Origin: an uncultured cyanobacterium
GTDB lineage: Bacteria; Cyanobacteriota; Cyanobacteriia; PCC-6307; Cyanobiaceae
NCBI GenBank assembly: GCA_963765575.1
Contig: CAVXWZ010000011.1
Coordinates: 320,001 to 384,000, forward strand
Direction: 5' to 3'
DNA length: 64,000 nt
A program made the translations under genes and the position numbers. Under the pieces are notes generated by a model. The model had not been told where the DNA came from. It searched no databases and worked only from the letters and a program-made list of their open reading frames with translations. Positions 28,182-42,357 of this stretch are shown piece after piece; position 1 is the stretch's first letter; every line of letters begins with the position of its first letter.

Positions 28182-29646
28182 ATGCTTTCCTGCCACGGCG
28201 CTGGCCGTCCAGGTGCAACAGCCAGGCATCTTCTGGGTTGACCCGCAGAAAATGATGGAGCAGCAGAAATCCGACAATTGTCCAGGTTTGGTAAGTGCGG
28301 GCCTGCTGGCCTACCCAGGTGCCCGTCGGTCCATCAAAGTATTCTGCCCATTGCTGCCGTGGCAGCTGATTGAGATGGCTCCAATAGCATTCCTCAATCA
28401 TCGCTCGCATCTGGGCCATCAACAGCACATCAGCGCTGGGGTTGCTGAGTTCATGCAAGAGCACGGCCCCGCCCAAATACCAGAGCAGGCTTGGCCAGTG
28501 GCCACCATTGTGGTAGCTCCACGGCCAGTTCTTGGGATCTGATCCTGTCTTGTTGGCCCACTCCTCCATTTCCATCGGTGGGTGACAGATGCGCATCGGC
28601 ATCTGGGCCATGAGATGTTCTCGGTTGTGCAGCACCAACCGAAACAGAGCCCGCTGCTGAGGTGCAGTGATAATTCCGAAAAGGCAGGCCAGCGTATTGC
28701 CGAGGCTGTAGAAGCGAAAATCAGGACGTCCGGTTCTGATGTTGCCGATCAGGTATCCGCCCCTGTTCTCAAGCCAATCTTGCAGCCACGGCGGAATCAC
28801 CCTGGGTTGCACATTGAATTCATTCTGATGCTGTTGATCTCCATACTGCTCGGTGGGTCGTCGCCGCAGCACCTGCATGGTCTTGCTGGTCACCCAGTAG
28901 TGCTTGAGCAGAAACAAGCGCAGGTCATGTAACCACTTGCGCGTCACCACCAGCCGCTGCTCCAGCAACCTGCTTCTGGAGTGGGTCTGCGCCAGATCCA
29001 TCAGCTTGCAGCAGCTGCGCAGGCATCCGTAGAGGAGGGCTTCAACTTCCAGAGGGGCGCCCCACACGTCCATGGGCCGATCAATCATGAAGGCGCAGTC
29101 CGGCACGAACAACACCGGCGTTCCCTCGAAGCTCGGATGCAAGACCAGATCCAGCAGCAACTGCACGCCGCGCTGCACCTTCTGGCTGGTGGCGAACTCC
29201 ACGTCGCCGCTGCGCTGGACGTAGTACCAACAGAGCACCGGCCACCACAGGCTCGCGTCCACGGAGGTGATGCGTCCGATCGATCGCTGTCCATAGTCAG
29301 CCACCACCTCCCCCTGCTCTTCCACGAAGCTGGTGGGGAAGATCCCGCGGGTCTGGTACGACGTGCTCTGAAGGTCCAGACAGGTGCTGAGAAAATGGCG
29401 TACCACCCCGAAGCGCCCCTGCAGCAGCAGATACACCATCACGGGCACGTTGTCGCGCAGAAAAACTTCTCCGTAGTTGGCTGAATCGCTCTTGTGGGGA
29501 TGCTCCAGGGCCGCCACCGATCCCACCAGCTGTCCGCGCACGCTCACCAATGTGCGCTCGAACTGATCCCGGGCGGCAGCCACGACCGCCTCCTCCTTCG
29601 AACTGGGCCGCACGCGGAGCTGCTGCTGGCTGAACTGACCTGCCAT
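28180..29646 (-). CDS. Alkaline/neutral invertase (GH100)
   Basis: NYGEVFLRD, DYGQRSIGR..SVDASLWW, MIDRPMDVWGAPLE, SYHNGGHWP, WAEYFDG, QTWTIVG. Confidence 0.94.
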   Translation of the reverse strand: MAGQFSQQQLRVRPSSKEEAVVAAARDQFERTLVSVRGQLVGSVAALEHPHKSDSANYGEVFLRDNVPVMVYLLLQGRFGVVRHFLSTCLDLQSTSYQTRGIFPTSFVEEQGEVVADYGQRSIGRITSVDASLWWPVLCWYYVQRSGDVEFATSQKVQRGVQLLLDLVLHPSFEGTPVLFVPDCAFMIDRPMDVWGAPLEVEALLYGCLRSCCKLMDLAQTHSRSRLLEQRLVVTRKWLHDLRLFLLKHYWVTSKTMQVLRRRPTEQYGDQQHQNEFNVQPRVIPPWLQDWLENRGGYLIGNIRTGRPDFRFYSLGNTLACLFGIITAPQQRALFRLVLHNREHLMAQMPMRICHPPMEMEEWANKTGSDPKNWPWSYHNGGHWPSLLWYLGGAVLLHELSNPSADVLLMAQMRAMIEECYWSHLNQLPRQQWAEYFDGPTGTWVGQQARTYQTWTIVGFLLLHHFLRVNPEDAWLLHLDGQRRGRKA

Positions 29647-29859
29647 GGATGATTCCCGATCCGCACCCAGGGCGGCTCACCGCTTCGACCCTAGAAGCGA
29701 CGGCAGGCTGGGGCGGTGCCCCAGCCTTGCTTCTGCAGATTCATCCCTTGGTGACACGGCGGGGCAAGGGGGCACCTCTGAGGCATCTCTCCCCTGAGTC
29801 TCTTCCCTTCGGATCGCGAGGAGACGCTGGCGAGGTTCATGCCCTGGGGCGAGGCGCTG

Positions 29860-29889
29860 TTGACATGAGCTGGGTGAGGGGGTTAGGTT
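29860..29889 (+). promoter_or_regulatory. Putative rrn promoter
   Basis: Perfect TTGACA at 29860-29865 and TAGGTT 18 nt later. Confidence 0.55.
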
Positions 29890-30180
29890 ATGGAGCTGCG
29901 CAAGCGAGAGCGAGCGAAGCAAGCGAGGCTGGTGAGGGGACGCGAGAGCGCCGCTGAGCAGAGCTGAGGTTGGTTGGCGAGGCAGGAGCTGAGCGCAGGA
30001 CCTGGAGCGATTGGTAGCGAGAGCGACCGGTGTTGTAGGTTTTCTGAGTTGCGACCGAGAGCACCCGAGAGGGAGAGCAGGAGGGAGCAACGGGCTGCCG
30101 AGAGCCGGAAGGCCTGAGGGGAGAGATCACTGGGTGTTGAATCCAGGGATTTTCCTTGAGGGTTGAGGGCGGAAGCAGCA

Positions 30181-30213
30181 GCACCTGGACAATCCAAGAA
30201 GTTTAGGAACTGA
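30181..30213 (+). promoter_or_regulatory. rrn leader boxA-like element and 16S processing-stem arm
   Basis: GCACCTGGACAA resembles ITS boxA GAACCTTGACAA (~32959); AGTTTAGGAACTGA (30200-30213) complements TCAGTTCCTAAACT (32537-32550). Confidence 0.7.
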
Positions 30214-30883
30214 CGCTTTCACGGCGTCATGGTTTTAGAAGCGGAAGCTGCTGGATTTCCCTGGAAGGGAAAGTTGGTTGGTGGAGGTGGAAGGGGCTGT
30301 GACAGAAGCAAGCTGTGAAGGTGTGAGGTCCCGTCAAAAAGCAACAAGCGAGACAGAAGCGGCCGAGAGGGCCGAGAGCTGAGACCTTGGGAGCGTTGCT
30401 GTGTGTGGGCTTGCCGATTGCGGGAAGTGAACGGGCAGAGACGAGCTCAGGGGAGATCAGACCGACTGGAGAGCAGCGGATGTCTGTGATCGCGACCGGA
30501 TCTGAGATCTGGGAAAGTCATGACTTGAGGGAAGCGGAGCGGCTGAGCGATGGCGGAAGGAGCAGTGTGCGAAAGCAGACTGTTCAAGACGTGTATCGGT
30601 TGATGTTAGCGAAGTGTGACCAAGGGTTGTGCACTCTTAAGAACCCTTCTGTCAGAGGAAGGAGGCTCCAACTTTCAGGATTGCGAGAGCAAGAGCTGGG
30701 GGGTGAGAGCAAGTCAAGCTGAGACAATTTTAGCAGATGACCAATGGTTTTGATGGGTTAGTTGATTGGACGAGGTGAGGCATTAGTTTGCAACATTTTG
30801 ACTGATTGCTGGCAGCTTGCATGAATGTGCGAGACATCAAGATTGTGAATCAAGTGTTGGGGTTGATCAAGAGGGTTTGATCT

Positions 30884-32369
<1,486 letters not shown>

Positions 32370-32583
32370 CAGGGAGACAAACCTGACATTGATGTCTGAG
32401 CAGAAATGATCTCAGGCCAGTGTCCTGTCACCTTAGGTCGATCGGTACCTCGACGTGAACCAAACCAGAAGTCTGAGCGATTGAGTTTTGAGAGATCAGG
32501 ACTTGATGGATCAGGTTTGGAGGGGAGGAATCACGATCAGTTCCTAAACTTTGTCTAGGTCACCCCATAGAGGAAGAGCTCCT

Positions 32584-32657
<74 letters not shown>

Positions 32658-32666
32658 TTCGCGATT

Positions 32667-32739
32667 GGGGGTTTAGCTCAGTTGGTAGAGCGCCTGCTTT
32701 GCAAGCAGGATGTCAGCGGTTCGAGTCCGCTAACCTCCA
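32667..32739 (+). tRNA. tRNA-Ala(TGC)
   Basis: GGGGGTTTAGCTCAG...TTTGCAA...AACCTCCA in ITS. Confidence 0.98.
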
Positions 32740-33241
32740 TACCAACGGGAGCGCTGAGCCAAGCAAGCAGGCAGCAAGCAAGCAGGCAAGCGAAACAACC
32801 AGCCGAGCAGTGGAGCTGAGGGGTGACGAGACGGGATTGCAAGAACTGGGTCAGATTCCAGCCTTCAGGATCTTGATGCTGTGATCACAGGACGTGATGA
32901 CGAGCAGATTTTGAATGCTGGATTCACACCTTCACGAGAGGGTGAGAAGAAGCCAGTAGAACCTTGACAACTGTATAGGTAAGTCTGGACAAAAGCATCT
33001 CATGGATGCCAAGTTTAGCCGCCATTAAGAGCAGGATGCTGACCATCAATGGGCAAGAGATTGCCTGGGGTGGTTCAGTTGATGGTAATTGATGGAGGAC
33101 TGGATTTGGAGATTCTATTGAGTTTAGAGCCAAGACGCCTCAACGAAAGAGTCTAACCGAGATCATCAAGCTGCTTGGATCAGCAATGAACCAGGTCAGG
33201 GAGAAAGGTGTTGGTGATGATGAATGAGTTGAGGCAAAATT

Positions 33242-36125
<2,884 letters not shown>

Positions 36126-36312
36126 ATGACCATGGCGAAAGGTCATTGACGTCCCGTTGAGGGATGGAGACGACCATGCTTTTGTCTGGAACCTTGAGCC
36201 GTGAGGCCGCCGGTGAGCGCCTGCAGTGAAGAGCTGCGGGTGTTGAGCTGGTGGTGAGTGGATTAAGGATACCTATGCAGTTCTCAGGGTTCACCCTGAC
36301 AAGTGAAGAAAT

Positions 36313-36429
36313 TCCTGGTGTCCATGGCGCAGTGGACCCACGCCGAACCATCTCGAACTCGGCTGTGAAACGCTGCAGCGCCGACGGTATTTGGGGGGTA
36401 GCCCCCTGAGAGAATAGGTCGATGCCAGG
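36313..36429 (+). rRNA. rrf: 5S rRNA
   Basis: TCCTGGTG...ATGCCAGG, ~117 nt with CGAAC motif. Confidence 0.97.
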
Positions 36430-36739
36430 AATTATCTTTCACCTTGATGATCTTTGAGCTCCGCTGAGGGTGTGACGCAGCAGCTAGCCTGCGGCAGCCG
36501 CCCAGTGGCATCCCCCCAGTGGTAGCTGGCCTGCAGCTGCTGCGCTGCTTACCGTGAGAGCATTCAGCCGGTCGTGCTTTGGTGCGGGCCTGTCTGTCTG
36601 TATGTCCTGCTTTTGTAAGAGCCCTTTGCTTTGAGGCTTTGGCTGCAGGCATCTCGATGGAACTTTGATGATCTTTCCCACCAGCTCTTATTGGGATTGG
36701 ACCACTGATGGAGTCACGTTTACGTCAGATCCCAAATCC

Positions 36740-37618
36740 CTAATCCCAGATCCCAGATCCTGGACTGCTCAGACCCGCACCAGGTTTGATGGCGATTTGG
36801 CGGAGGCTTGAGACTTGTTTGAAGCCCTGCGGGTCACGCTTTGGATTGCCGTCTCGGTCGCTGAAGAGCACCGTCATACCCGCCATCTGTGCAGCGCGGC
36901 ATTCTTGTGCTGAGTCGGTGATGAACAGAATCTCGGAAGTAGCAAGTTGCAGACGCTTGGCGATGGCTGCGTAGCTTGCGCTCTGTTCTTTTGCCCCTAC
37001 CTGGGTATCGAACCACTCATCAATCAGTGGCTTCAGGTCTCCAGAGGTGGTGTGGCCATAGAGCAGCTTCTGCGCCTTTACTGACCCGGACGAGTAGATG
37101 GCAATTCTCAGCCCCTGTTCTTTCCAGTCGCGCAAGATTTCCGGCACCTCGTCAAACAATGGTGCCACCAGGACCCCCGTTTCGTATCCTGCTTGCCATA
37201 CCAGCCCCTGCAGTTCCTTAAGTGCAGGCAGCTTGCGATCCTGCTGGATCAGCAGGCAGAGATAGGCCGCCAGATCACTTGGCTGCTCCTTGAGCAGATG
37301 TCTGGCTGCTGGATGAGCATCCTTGTGCCATGCCTCCTGCGCGGCCTCCACCAGGTCTTGCACGTTCTGGCGTTGCGCGGCCTCCCCTTGCAAGAACGGC
37401 CCCATGGCAGCTGCCGCATAGGGAAACAGACTGCCGGTGACGAAGCTCACAGGACATGTGGTGCCTTCAATGTCAAGCAGGACCAGGCGAATTTCATGGC
37501 TGTCGATCGAAGTCTGCTGGCTTGATCCGGCAGAGTTTGGCTGAATTGGCGCTACAGCTTTGCCGGTGTGCATGGTTGTGGTTTCAATTGCTGGGGTTGG
37601 GTTGTCGTCTCGGGTCAT
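36740..37618 (-). CDS. mtnC: Enolase-phosphatase E1 (acireductone synthase)
   Basis: LLDIEGTT, LFPYA, DRK...LKELQGLVW, IYSSGSVKAQKLL, FDT. Confidence 0.93.
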   Translation of the reverse strand: MTRDDNPTPAIETTTMHTGKAVAPIQPNSAGSSQQTSIDSHEIRLVLLDIEGTTCPVSFVTGSLFPYAAAAMGPFLQGEAAQRQNVQDLVEAAQEAWHKDAHPAARHLLKEQPSDLAAYLCLLIQQDRKLPALKELQGLVWQAGYETGVLVAPLFDEVPEILRDWKEQGLRIAIYSSGSVKAQKLLYGHTTSGDLKPLIDEWFDTQVGAKEQSASYAAIAKRLQLATSEILFITDSAQECRAAQMAGMTVLFSDRDGNPKRDPQGFKQVSSLRQIAIKPGAGLSSPGSGIWD

Positions 37619-37693
37619 GGTCTTGGCTGGTGGCCTTGGGTGCTGGCGTCGGTGGGTGGTGGCTTGGGCTGAGGGTGGCCGGTGTTCCGGTGC

Positions 37694-38350
37694 TCAAGTG
37701 GCCAGAGCATCCAGCAGGAGCCGACGCCAGGCCTGCTCGAGCAGGAATTCATGAATCTCCAGATGGCGACGAGCCGTCGCCAGGTCGACTCCCCAGGCGT
37801 AGAGCCCATGGCCGGCGATCAGCAGGCCATGGGGGGCGCCGGCCAGGTGGGGAGTTGCTGTGGTGCTCAGGCGCTGGAGATCCTGATCATTGGCGAGCAC
37901 CGGCACCTCCACGGCACTGGCGTGGGTTGTGATTCCCTCCAGACCCTTCAGCATTTCCAGATCCTCCAGGAGCAGGCCTCCGGCGGCCCCGGATCCGGGT
38001 GCCCTGTGCCGCGACAGCAGCGTGCCGGCCTGGGAGTGGGTGTGCAGCACGGCGCCGGCCCCGGTTTCCGCCACGATCGCCAGGTGCAGCAAGGTTTCCG
38101 CACTGGCCCGCCCGCTGCCGCGCACGACCGTGGCGCTGCCGTCCACGACGATCAGCTCCTCCGGCCGCACGCTGCCCTTGTCCACCCCGCTGGGTGCCAT
38201 CAGCAGTTCCAGGGGTGAGCGCTGCAGCACACAGCTGAAGTTGCCGCCGGTGCCATCGCACCAGCCGCGTCGGTGGATGGCGGCCATGGTGGCGCTCAGC
38301 TCGGCGGCCAGTTGGCCCTGGCGGCGGCTGGGCGTGCTCAGAGGGGCCAT
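37694..38350 (-). CDS. mtnB: Methylthioribulose-1-phosphate dehydratase
   Basis: GWCDGTGGNFS, APSGVDKG, SAETLLH, HTHS, HGLYAWG. Confidence 0.94.
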   Translation of the reverse strand: MAPLSTPSRRQGQLAAELSATMAAIHRRGWCDGTGGNFSCVLQRSPLELLMAPSGVDKGSVRPEELIVVDGSATVVRGSGRASAETLLHLAIVAETGAGAVLHTHSQAGTLLSRHRAPGSGAAGGLLLEDLEMLKGLEGITTHASAVEVPVLANDQDLQRLSTTATPHLAGAPHGLLIAGHGLYAWGVDLATARRHLEIHEFLLEQAWRRLLLDALAT

Positions 38351-38366
38351 GGCTCCAGGACGGAGG

Positions 38367-39212
38367 TCAATGCTGACAACGGGGGCACCAGTGGCTGCTG
38401 CGTCCCCCCAGCTTCTCGCGGCAGATGCTGGTGCCACAGCTCCGGCAGGGTTGCCCCGAGCGCCGATACACCAGGGCGATGCCCCCGTAGTTGCCGTTGC
38501 GGCCGGTGAGGTCGCGGAAATCACTGAAGGTCGTGCCTCCGGCACCGATGCTCGTCTCCAGCACCTCCACCAAAGCCCGGTGCAATCGCTCCAGCCTGGT
38601 CCGGCTCACCGTGCCGCTGGGGGTCCGGGGCCTGATGCCGGCGCTGAACAGGGCCTCGTCGGCATAGATATTGCCCACCCCAGCCACCAGGGCCTGATCG
38701 AGCAGTGCCGCCTTGATCGGCCGCCGCGATCCCCGCAGTCGCTCACGCAGATAGTCGGCGTTGAAGCTGCCCGCGAAGGGTTCGGGGCCCAGGCGCTGCA
38801 GCCCCGTGATCACCTGTTCGGGCGCGCTGCCGGGGGGCACCCACCACATCTGCCCGAAGCTGCGCGTATCCACGAAGCGCAGTTCTTCGCCCCGCTGGTT
38901 CCAGATCCGCACCCGGGTATGGCTGCAGGGGGGCTGATCTTCGTTCAGCCAGAGGAACTGGCCGGTCATGCGCAGATGCACGCCCCACCATCCCGCTGGC
39001 CCGCCCGCCTGCTGGAGCTTGCCCAGCAGATACTTGCCGCGCCGCTGCCAGCCGGCCAGGGAGCAGTGCTGAAGCCCCTGCTCAAACGCGCCGGGAGCGG
39101 CGGGGCTGGCGACGGCCCGCTGCCGCAGCACCTCCACCCGCGCCACTGTGAAGTCGCCGGTCCGCTGCTGCAGCCCCCGGCGCACGGTTTCAACTTCGGG
39201 CAGTTCCGGCAC
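38367..39212 (-). CDS. mutM: Formamidopyrimidine-DNA glycosylase
   Basis: MPELPEVE, HLRMTG, GVGNIYADE, C4 zinc finger. Confidence 0.97.
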   Translation of the reverse strand: MPELPEVETVRRGLQQRTGDFTVARVEVLRQRAVASPAAPGAFEQGLQHCSLAGWQRRGKYLLGKLQQAGGPAGWWGVHLRMTGQFLWLNEDQPPCSHTRVRIWNQRGEELRFVDTRSFGQMWWVPPGSAPEQVITGLQRLGPEPFAGSFNADYLRERLRGSRRPIKAALLDQALVAGVGNIYADEALFSAGIRPRTPSGTVSRTRLERLHRALVEVLETSIGAGGTTFSDFRDLTGRNGNYGGIALVYRRSGQPCRSCGTSICREKLGGRSSHWCPRCQH

Positions 39213-39332
39213 TGTGGCGGGATGGGGGGGAGAAGCGGCGCGACGGGCCTGCGAACAACAGCCCCGGCCGGTGCGCGGGGCACCAGCCGGGGCTGCAGCG
39301 TGGGGTGGAAGACGCGGCCCTGGGGGGCAGGG

Positions 39333-39542
39333 TCAGGCCTTCTGCAGTTCGCTCTCGGCGAAGTTGTTGGTGTTGATGCCACCCTCGGAGCCGCTGTAGC
39401 CGGTGTAGTTCACCTTCTCAAAGCGAACCACCACGGGGTAGCGGATTCCAGAGGTGTCGACCGATGCCACGGTGCCGACTTCGTTGAACCAGTAGGACTC
39501 GGGGCGCTTGATGCGCACCTTGTCGCCGCGGGAAATGGCCAT
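39333..39542 (-). CDS. psaE: Photosystem I subunit IV
   Basis: [19 protein letters not shown]...[13 protein letters not shown]. Confidence 0.97.
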   Translation of the reverse strand: MAISRGDKVRIKRPESYWFNEVGTVASVDTSGIRYPVVVRFEKVNYTGYSGSEGGINTNNFAESELQKA

Positions 39543-39639
39543 CGCTGCGGAGAATTCGGAGGCTGCCAGAGGGAAGATACCCGCGCCGGCCAGGGGCTCC
39601 GGGGGCGACGTCACGTTTCGTCGTCCAACCCGGGCCCGC

Positions 39640-40713
39640 ATGGGAGCATCGGCCCCTGTGCCGCCGGCATCCCCATTGGCTCTCCCCGCGCTCGAGGCGC
39701 CGGTTCTCAGTCTTGACCTGCCCGATCCCGACAGCGACACCATCAGCACGATGGAGTTCCTGGCCCGGCTGGAGCAGGCCTGGGCCGTGTGCGACCGCTT
39801 CGACCTGCACACGGAGATCTGGCGGGGGCGGATCCTGCGGGCCGTGCGGGATCGGGAGAAGCGCGGCGGCGAGGGCCGCGGCACCGGGTTTCTGCAGTGG
39901 TTGCGGGAGCAGGAGATCAGCAAGACCCGCGCCTACACCCTGATCCAGCTGGCGGAGTCGGCTGATCGGATGCTGGCCGAGGGGGTGCTGGAGGAGGCCA
40001 GCGTGAACCACTTCTCCAAGCGGGCTTTCCTCGACACCGCCGAGTCGCCCCCGGAGGTGCAGCTGATGATCTCCGAGGCCGCCAACGAGGGCCAGCAGAT
40101 CACCCGCAAGCAGGTGCGCCGTCTGGCCGATGAATTCACGGCGGCCACCAGCCCGCTGCTGCCCGAGGAGATCCGCCAGCGCACCGCCGAAAACCTGCTG
40201 CCGCCCAAGGTGGTGGCGCCGCTGGTGAAGGAGCTGGCCAAGCTGCCCGAGGGCCAGCAGGACGACCTGCGACGGGTGCTGCGCGAGGAGCCGGAGCTGG
40301 AGCGGGTGCGGGAGGCCACCAGCACGGCCCGCTGGTTGAGCAAGGCGGCTGAAGCGGCTCTGGCCGTGCGGGCGTTCCAGCAGGGGGATCTGGATTTCGA
40401 GAAGGCCCTGCAGGAAGCTCAGCGCCTGGAGGCCCTCGGCCTGCTGGCGGATGCCGTGGGTCAGGCCCAGGCCCTGGAGGCCGCCGTGCTCAAGCTGCAC
40501 ACCAGCTGGCGGCGTCTGAACGGACTCCAGGAGCGCCTGTGGGTGGAGAGCGGCAGCAGCACGCCCCATCTGCGCGAGCTGCTCACCGCTCTGCAGTCGC
40601 TGAGCGGCAGCACCCTGCGGGTGTCGCTCGGGGAGCTGGCGGGCGGCAAGCGGTTGCGGCTGCAACTGGTGGAGGAATCGCCCGATCAGCTGGAGGCGCC
40701 GCCGCTGCCCTGA
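39640..40713 (+). CDS. Conserved cyanobacterial hypothetical protein (helical; possible HTH)
   Basis: ~357 aa with strong coding bias; [23 protein letters not shown] segment; start uncertain. Confidence 0.8.
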   Translation: MGASAPVPPASPLALPALEAPVLSLDLPDPDSDTISTMEFLARLEQAWAVCDRFDLHTEIWRGRILRAVRDREKRGGEGRGTGFLQWLREQEISKTRAYTLIQLAESADRMLAEGVLEEASVNHFSKRAFLDTAESPPEVQLMISEAANEGQQITRKQVRRLADEFTAATSPLLPEEIRQRTAENLLPPKVVAPLVKELAKLPEGQQDDLRRVLREEPELERVREATSTARWLSKAAEAALAVRAFQQGDLDFEKALQEAQRLEALGLLADAVGQAQALEAAVLKLHTSWRRLNGLQERLWVESGSSTPHLRELLTALQSLSGSTLRVSLGELAGGKRLRLQLVEESPDQLEAPPLP

Positions 40714-40811
40714 GCCCGCTGGCGCCCGATGGCGGGATCGGTATCGTCACAGCGTGGTGGACGCTGGCGTTGCCTGAGTTACAACCCGGCGATCGGCAGG
40801 CCTGCGCAGCG

Positions 40812-42351
40812 GTGGCAGAGGGCGTCGGACTGGGCTCAGCTCCTGATCCCCTCGAGCAGGCCCTGAGGCGCCATTTCGGCTGGGACACGTTCCGGCCCGG
40901 CCAGCGCCCGGTGGTGGAGGCGCTGCTGGCGGGACGGGACTGCCTGGCCGTGTGGCCCACCGGTGCGGGCAAGTCGCTGTGTTTCCAGCTGCCGGCCCTG
41001 ATCCGCGAAGGGCTGGTGCTGGTGATCTCGCCGCTGGTGGCGCTGATGCAGGACCAGGTGGATCAGCTGCAGCGCCGTGGCATCCCGGCGGCCTGTCTGC
41101 ACGGGGGGCTGCAGTCCGGGGAGCGCCTGCAGCTGTTGCGGCGCATTCGCGAGCGCCGGCTGCGCCTGCTCTACCTGGCTCCCGAGCGCCTGCAGGCGGA
41201 GGCGACCCGCCAGCTGCTCGACGACCTGCTCGACGAGGGTGCTCTGGCGGCCCTGGCGGTGGATGAGGCCCACTGCATCAGTGCCTGGGGCCATGACTTC
41301 CGCCCCGACTACCGGCGCCTGGGCCAGCTGCGTCAACTCTGCCCGGGGGTGCCGCTGGTGGCCCTCAGTGCCACCGCCGCCCCCCGGGTGCGGGCCGACA
41401 TCATCCGGCTGCTGCAGCTGCGCCGGCCCCTGATCCAGGTGCGGTCGGCCCGACGGGCCAACCTGCGCTACGCCATGCGCCGGCGGCCTGCCGATCCCCT
41501 GCCGGAGATGCTCGCCGCCATCGGGCGCTCCCGTGGAGCCGTGCTGATCTACGCCCGGGCCCGCCGTTCGGTGGAGCAGTGGGCCTCGCGTCTGCAGGCT
41601 GCCGGAGTGGAGGCGCTCACCTACCACGCCGGCATGGATGCGGGCCTGCGCCTGCAGGCCCTGGCCCATTTCCAGAGCCAGCCCCGGCCCGTGCTGGTGG
41701 CCACGGTGGCGTTTGGGATGGGGGTGGATCGCCCCGACGTGGGCCTGGTGCTGCACCTGGACCTGCCCGCGAGTGCGGAGGGCTATCTGCAGGAATCGGG
41801 CCGGGCCGGCCGCGACCAGGGCCCGGCCGAATGCCTGGTGCTGTTTGATCCGGCCGATCGCACCAGCCTGGGCTGGGCCATGCGCGCCGCTGGCCGGGGC
41901 CTGCTGGGACAGGGGCCCTGCCGGCGATGGCGAGTGGCAGCGCCAGGAGCTGGCCCAACAGCAGCTGCGGCGCATGGAAGCGGTGGCGGAGGGGGAGGGC
42001 TGCCGGGAGCAGGCCCTGCTGCTGGCCATGGGTGAACTCGTGCCGCCCTGTGGTCGCTGCGACCGCTGCCAGCGCCAGCGGCGGGTCGGGCCCGGGCGGC
42101 GGGACTGGTCGGAGCAGGCGTCCCAGCTGCTGGAGCTGCTGGGGGAGCGGCGGGGCCGCGCCCTGCGTGGGTTGGTGGAAGACCTGGCCGGGCGGACCGG
42201 CAGCGACGAGCAGCGCTGGGCCTGGCTGGCGCGCCGGTTGGTGCAGGAGGAGCTGATCAGCGAGAGCGACGACGGCGCCCAACGGCTCTATCTCAGACCC
42301 TCGGGCCGGACCTACCTGCGGCAGCCCTGGCCGCTGCGCTGGGCGGCCTGA
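40812..42351 (+). CDS. recQ: RecQ-family DNA helicase (frameshifted near 41915)
   Basis: PTGAGKS, DEAHCISAWGHDFRPDY, ATVAFGMGVDRPDV, QESGRAGRD; Zn-binding CRE...CGRCDRC lies in another frame. Confidence 0.88.
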
Positions 42352-42357
42352 GCCAGC

